Assembly: GCA_963693365.1 (NCBI GenBank)
Contig: CAVNZM010000001.1
Location: forward strand, 6,836,907-6,900,906
Reading direction: 5' to 3'
DNA: 64,000 bases
Source: Amoebidium appalachense
Taxonomy: Eukaryota; Protista; Ichthyosporea
Shown: one piece after another, positions 46,115 to 64,000 of the stretch
Numbering within the stretch: the stretch's first letter is position 1
Layout: each line of letters begins with the position of its first letter
Translations under genes and position numbers: made by a program
The notes under the pieces: model-generated
Database searches by the model: none
Seen by the model: the letters and a program-made list of their open reading frames with translations, nothing else
What the model was told of the DNA's origin: nothing

Positions 46115-46392
46115 AGCAAGTCGTAAAGCGCGCACGAAAGAGATCTAGAAAGAGAGAGAAGGGGAGGGGGGGAGGGGAGGAAGGGAGAGAGAAGAAAGAT
46201 AGAGAGAGATAGGTGGTAAGGGGGGGGGGAGGGGCAGGTGCCTGAGAGAAAAGGGAGGGGGGGGGGGGGGGGAGGGGGTTGTTGTATAAGCACCAAGGGT
46301 CCTGTATGTTGAGTCCACACCTTCTGTCCTTCAACTTTAAGTTTCCTGGCCAAAATCTTCGTCAGTCAATCTTTTCAAACAACCCCCCCCCC

Positions 46393-46430
<38 letters not shown>

Positions 46431-46943
46431 TTCCCCCCCCCTCCCCTCCCCCCCCCTCCCTCCTCCTCTCTCCCTACTCGTCATTCTGCCCGAACTCGTA
46501 TATGCTGAACCTTACGCTATACATTTGGAGGCTGCAGAGGCCCCTCCCCCAAGATAGAAAAGTTATCTGCTTTCACCTGATTAAAATTAGTATTACTTGC
46601 ACGGATTCTCAATTCACCTTCCCAACTATGTGATATCATAGGCTATTGTATAAAACCCTCTGACACATGTACAGATACGGTGTCAGCTCTATGATACTCA
46701 TCAAATAAAAAATCCCTCAGACACACACAGCTATATGTGATATGATATCAGTATATAGAATAAAATCTCCCAGTTATAACGCACAGCTATCATGATGTGA
46801 TGTGCATATTATAATCCCTCACTATCACTACTATAAAGTAACTTACGTGGCATGCGTGCGTACGTGTGCGTGGCGCACGTGTGCGCACGCGTGCGGGTGT
46901 TTCAGTGTTACATGTGTTTGTGGTTGTGTGCCCCCAGGCGGGC

Positions 46944-46981
<38 letters not shown>

Positions 46982-47527
46982 GGGGGGGCGCGAAGCCTTC
47001 ATGTCGCGTGTGGATCCTATCCCCCCCCCCTCCCCCCGCTCCCTCCCCGGCCACACACACGCACACACAACACCAGTACACACATACGTACACCTGGCCC
47101 CTCATCCGTTAGAGTACCTAAACTTCCACCACTACCTGTCCACTGCACCACCACCAATAATTCACCACAACCACCACTACCACTGGGATACACACATGCC
47201 ATGGTCGGGCACGTTGCCGTGCACCGCACACACGGCAAATTTCACACACTCGCCTCAGAGCTCGCGAGAATTCAGTCGATACCAGCACAGCATAATTGGT
47301 CACTTCGATGTGGCCCCTATTGCTTGTCCTGCCCCGATCGGGCCCCCTCTGTTTGCCACTTTCTATTCCGGCTGGCGCGCGCCTCGTCCACTTGACTTGC
47401 AGCTAACTGGTTGAACAAAAGGTGTGTGTGTGTGTGTGTGTGTGTGCATAGCCATGTGTGTGCGAGCGCGCGTGTGTGTGTGTAACAGTTGAGGGTGGGC
47501 GGGGTGCGGGGGGGGAGGGGGGGGGGT

Positions 47528-47564
<37 letters not shown>

Positions 47565-48428
47565 GCTAGAAGGGGCCCTTAGTATGCCAAATGATGCCTT
47601 GCGAAGTACAGTGCGACAGCATATAATGTTAAATCTTAGAATAACAGTACACAATCGATATGCTTACATGGGAACACAGACATGCAAATATCGGCGTACA
47701 GTGATTGGGTGGAGGCCCACTTGCTTCATAGATGGGCATATGCATACTGAGTAAGTATGCATATTTGATACACATGCATCTGATCATTTGTCGCTTCCAC
47801 AACATCGAGATCCATGTGCATCAAATGTTTATTCCGTCCACATCCAAGTGGGTTCCTCTGTCGTCCTCCATACATGTACACGTCCTGTTGCTCACCCCCG
47901 TACCTATGTATCTTCATCATCAAAAAACACCCAATAGGGCCACAGCAACAGCATCAATGTCCCGCTGGCACACGTAATACTATGTACACGTTCAGAAAAG
48001 GCTTAAAACAAAGCCTACCCCTAGACGAACAAGTTGAGCACAAACACAGGCTGAGGGGGATTTTTTTTTATTTTCAATAATGGTTTTTTTTTGATCGGGG
48101 CATCAGAAAAATGAGGGGGTACATACACCAGAATGACCAGCGCTTCAAAAAGGGCAAAGGGGAGCCGAAGGGGCCTAAACCGACTGCAATACTAAATTTC
48201 ATATGCTACAAAATCTGTCCAATCGCGTCCTTCCAACACCATGATATCTGGCCAATCAACATGCATGCAATCAAGCAGGCACCCGTCCCGAATCTACATG
48301 TGTATATACATAATACATAGTGTCAATCCCGTCTCAATGTACACTTTGTACAACCCACACGGCCACCAAAAAACCCGAGGCAAACCTAACTGTCCATACT
48401 TACCCTGAGTGTATCTTAACAAGAAAAT

Positions 48429-48459
<31 letters not shown>

Positions 48460-48740
48460 CAAACAAACAAACAAAAAAAAAAACACTAAAATCACCCTCA
48501 CCACCACCAGAATAAAAACAAGGGGGGCAGGAGGAGGAGGAGGAGGAAGAGAGGGGGGGGGGGGGGGGGGGGGGGGGGGATGCAGGCAGGTGGGTGTTAA
48601 ACCGATCCCCCTGCATACCGTCCACACGATTGGATCAATGTGACGTCATCTCAAGCAATGCTAGTCCATTGGGTTCTCCCCCAATGCACTCGTTTGCAGT
48701 GCATTACCGTGTAAACAAAAATTCCAAGAAAAAAGACTTA

Positions 48741-63711
<14,971 letters not shown>

Positions 63712-63885
63712 CTGTAGTAACATAGTGTGCCGTGGGTAGCGGGGAGGGGGGGGAGGGGCCGGGAGGGGGGAGGGCCGGGAGGGGGGAGGAGGATGGGAGA
63801 AGGGGGGGGAAGGGCGGGGGGGGGGGGGGGGGGGGGGGGGGGGAGGGGGGGGGGGGGGGAGGGAAAGGCAGAAGGCAGACCGGAA

Positions 63886-63917
<32 letters not shown>

Positions 63918-64000
63918 AGGGGGAAAGAACGGTAAGCCACAAAAAAAAAAAATGCAAACGGTACTATATTCATGTTTCCTCACAACCCCTTTCCATGTGC

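Overview
Intron-rich eukaryotic genomic DNA. The gene content (COX9/COX6C, a DUF3712/Tag1-like protein, a fungal-type SNF2 ATPase) suggests an early-diverging opisthokont; this is inference. The window is saturated with poly(G)/poly(C) runs and (GT/CA)n microsatellites, so most ORFs in the supplied track are low-complexity artefacts. Six protein genes could be built by hand with phase-consistent GT-AG splicing: a cAMP-receptor-like GPCR (+, 5' partial), an 821-aa membrane-anchored DUF3712-like protein with 18/11-residue aromatic repeats (-), COX9 (-), a METTL24/FkbM-like methyltransferase (-, 3' end unresolved), a 226-aa unknown membrane protein (-) and a large SNF2 helicase (-, 5' partial). 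There are two decayed copies of one LINE in tail-to-tail orientation and a dispersed retroposon-like family whose fixed end always abuts a G/C homopolymer. The strongest leads are (1) splice sites where (CA)n directly abuts the 3' AG and C-runs follow the 5' GT, (2) the poly(C)-anchored repeat family, and (3) the tape-measure-like repeat protein. All coordinates and counts were made by eye; no database searches were run.
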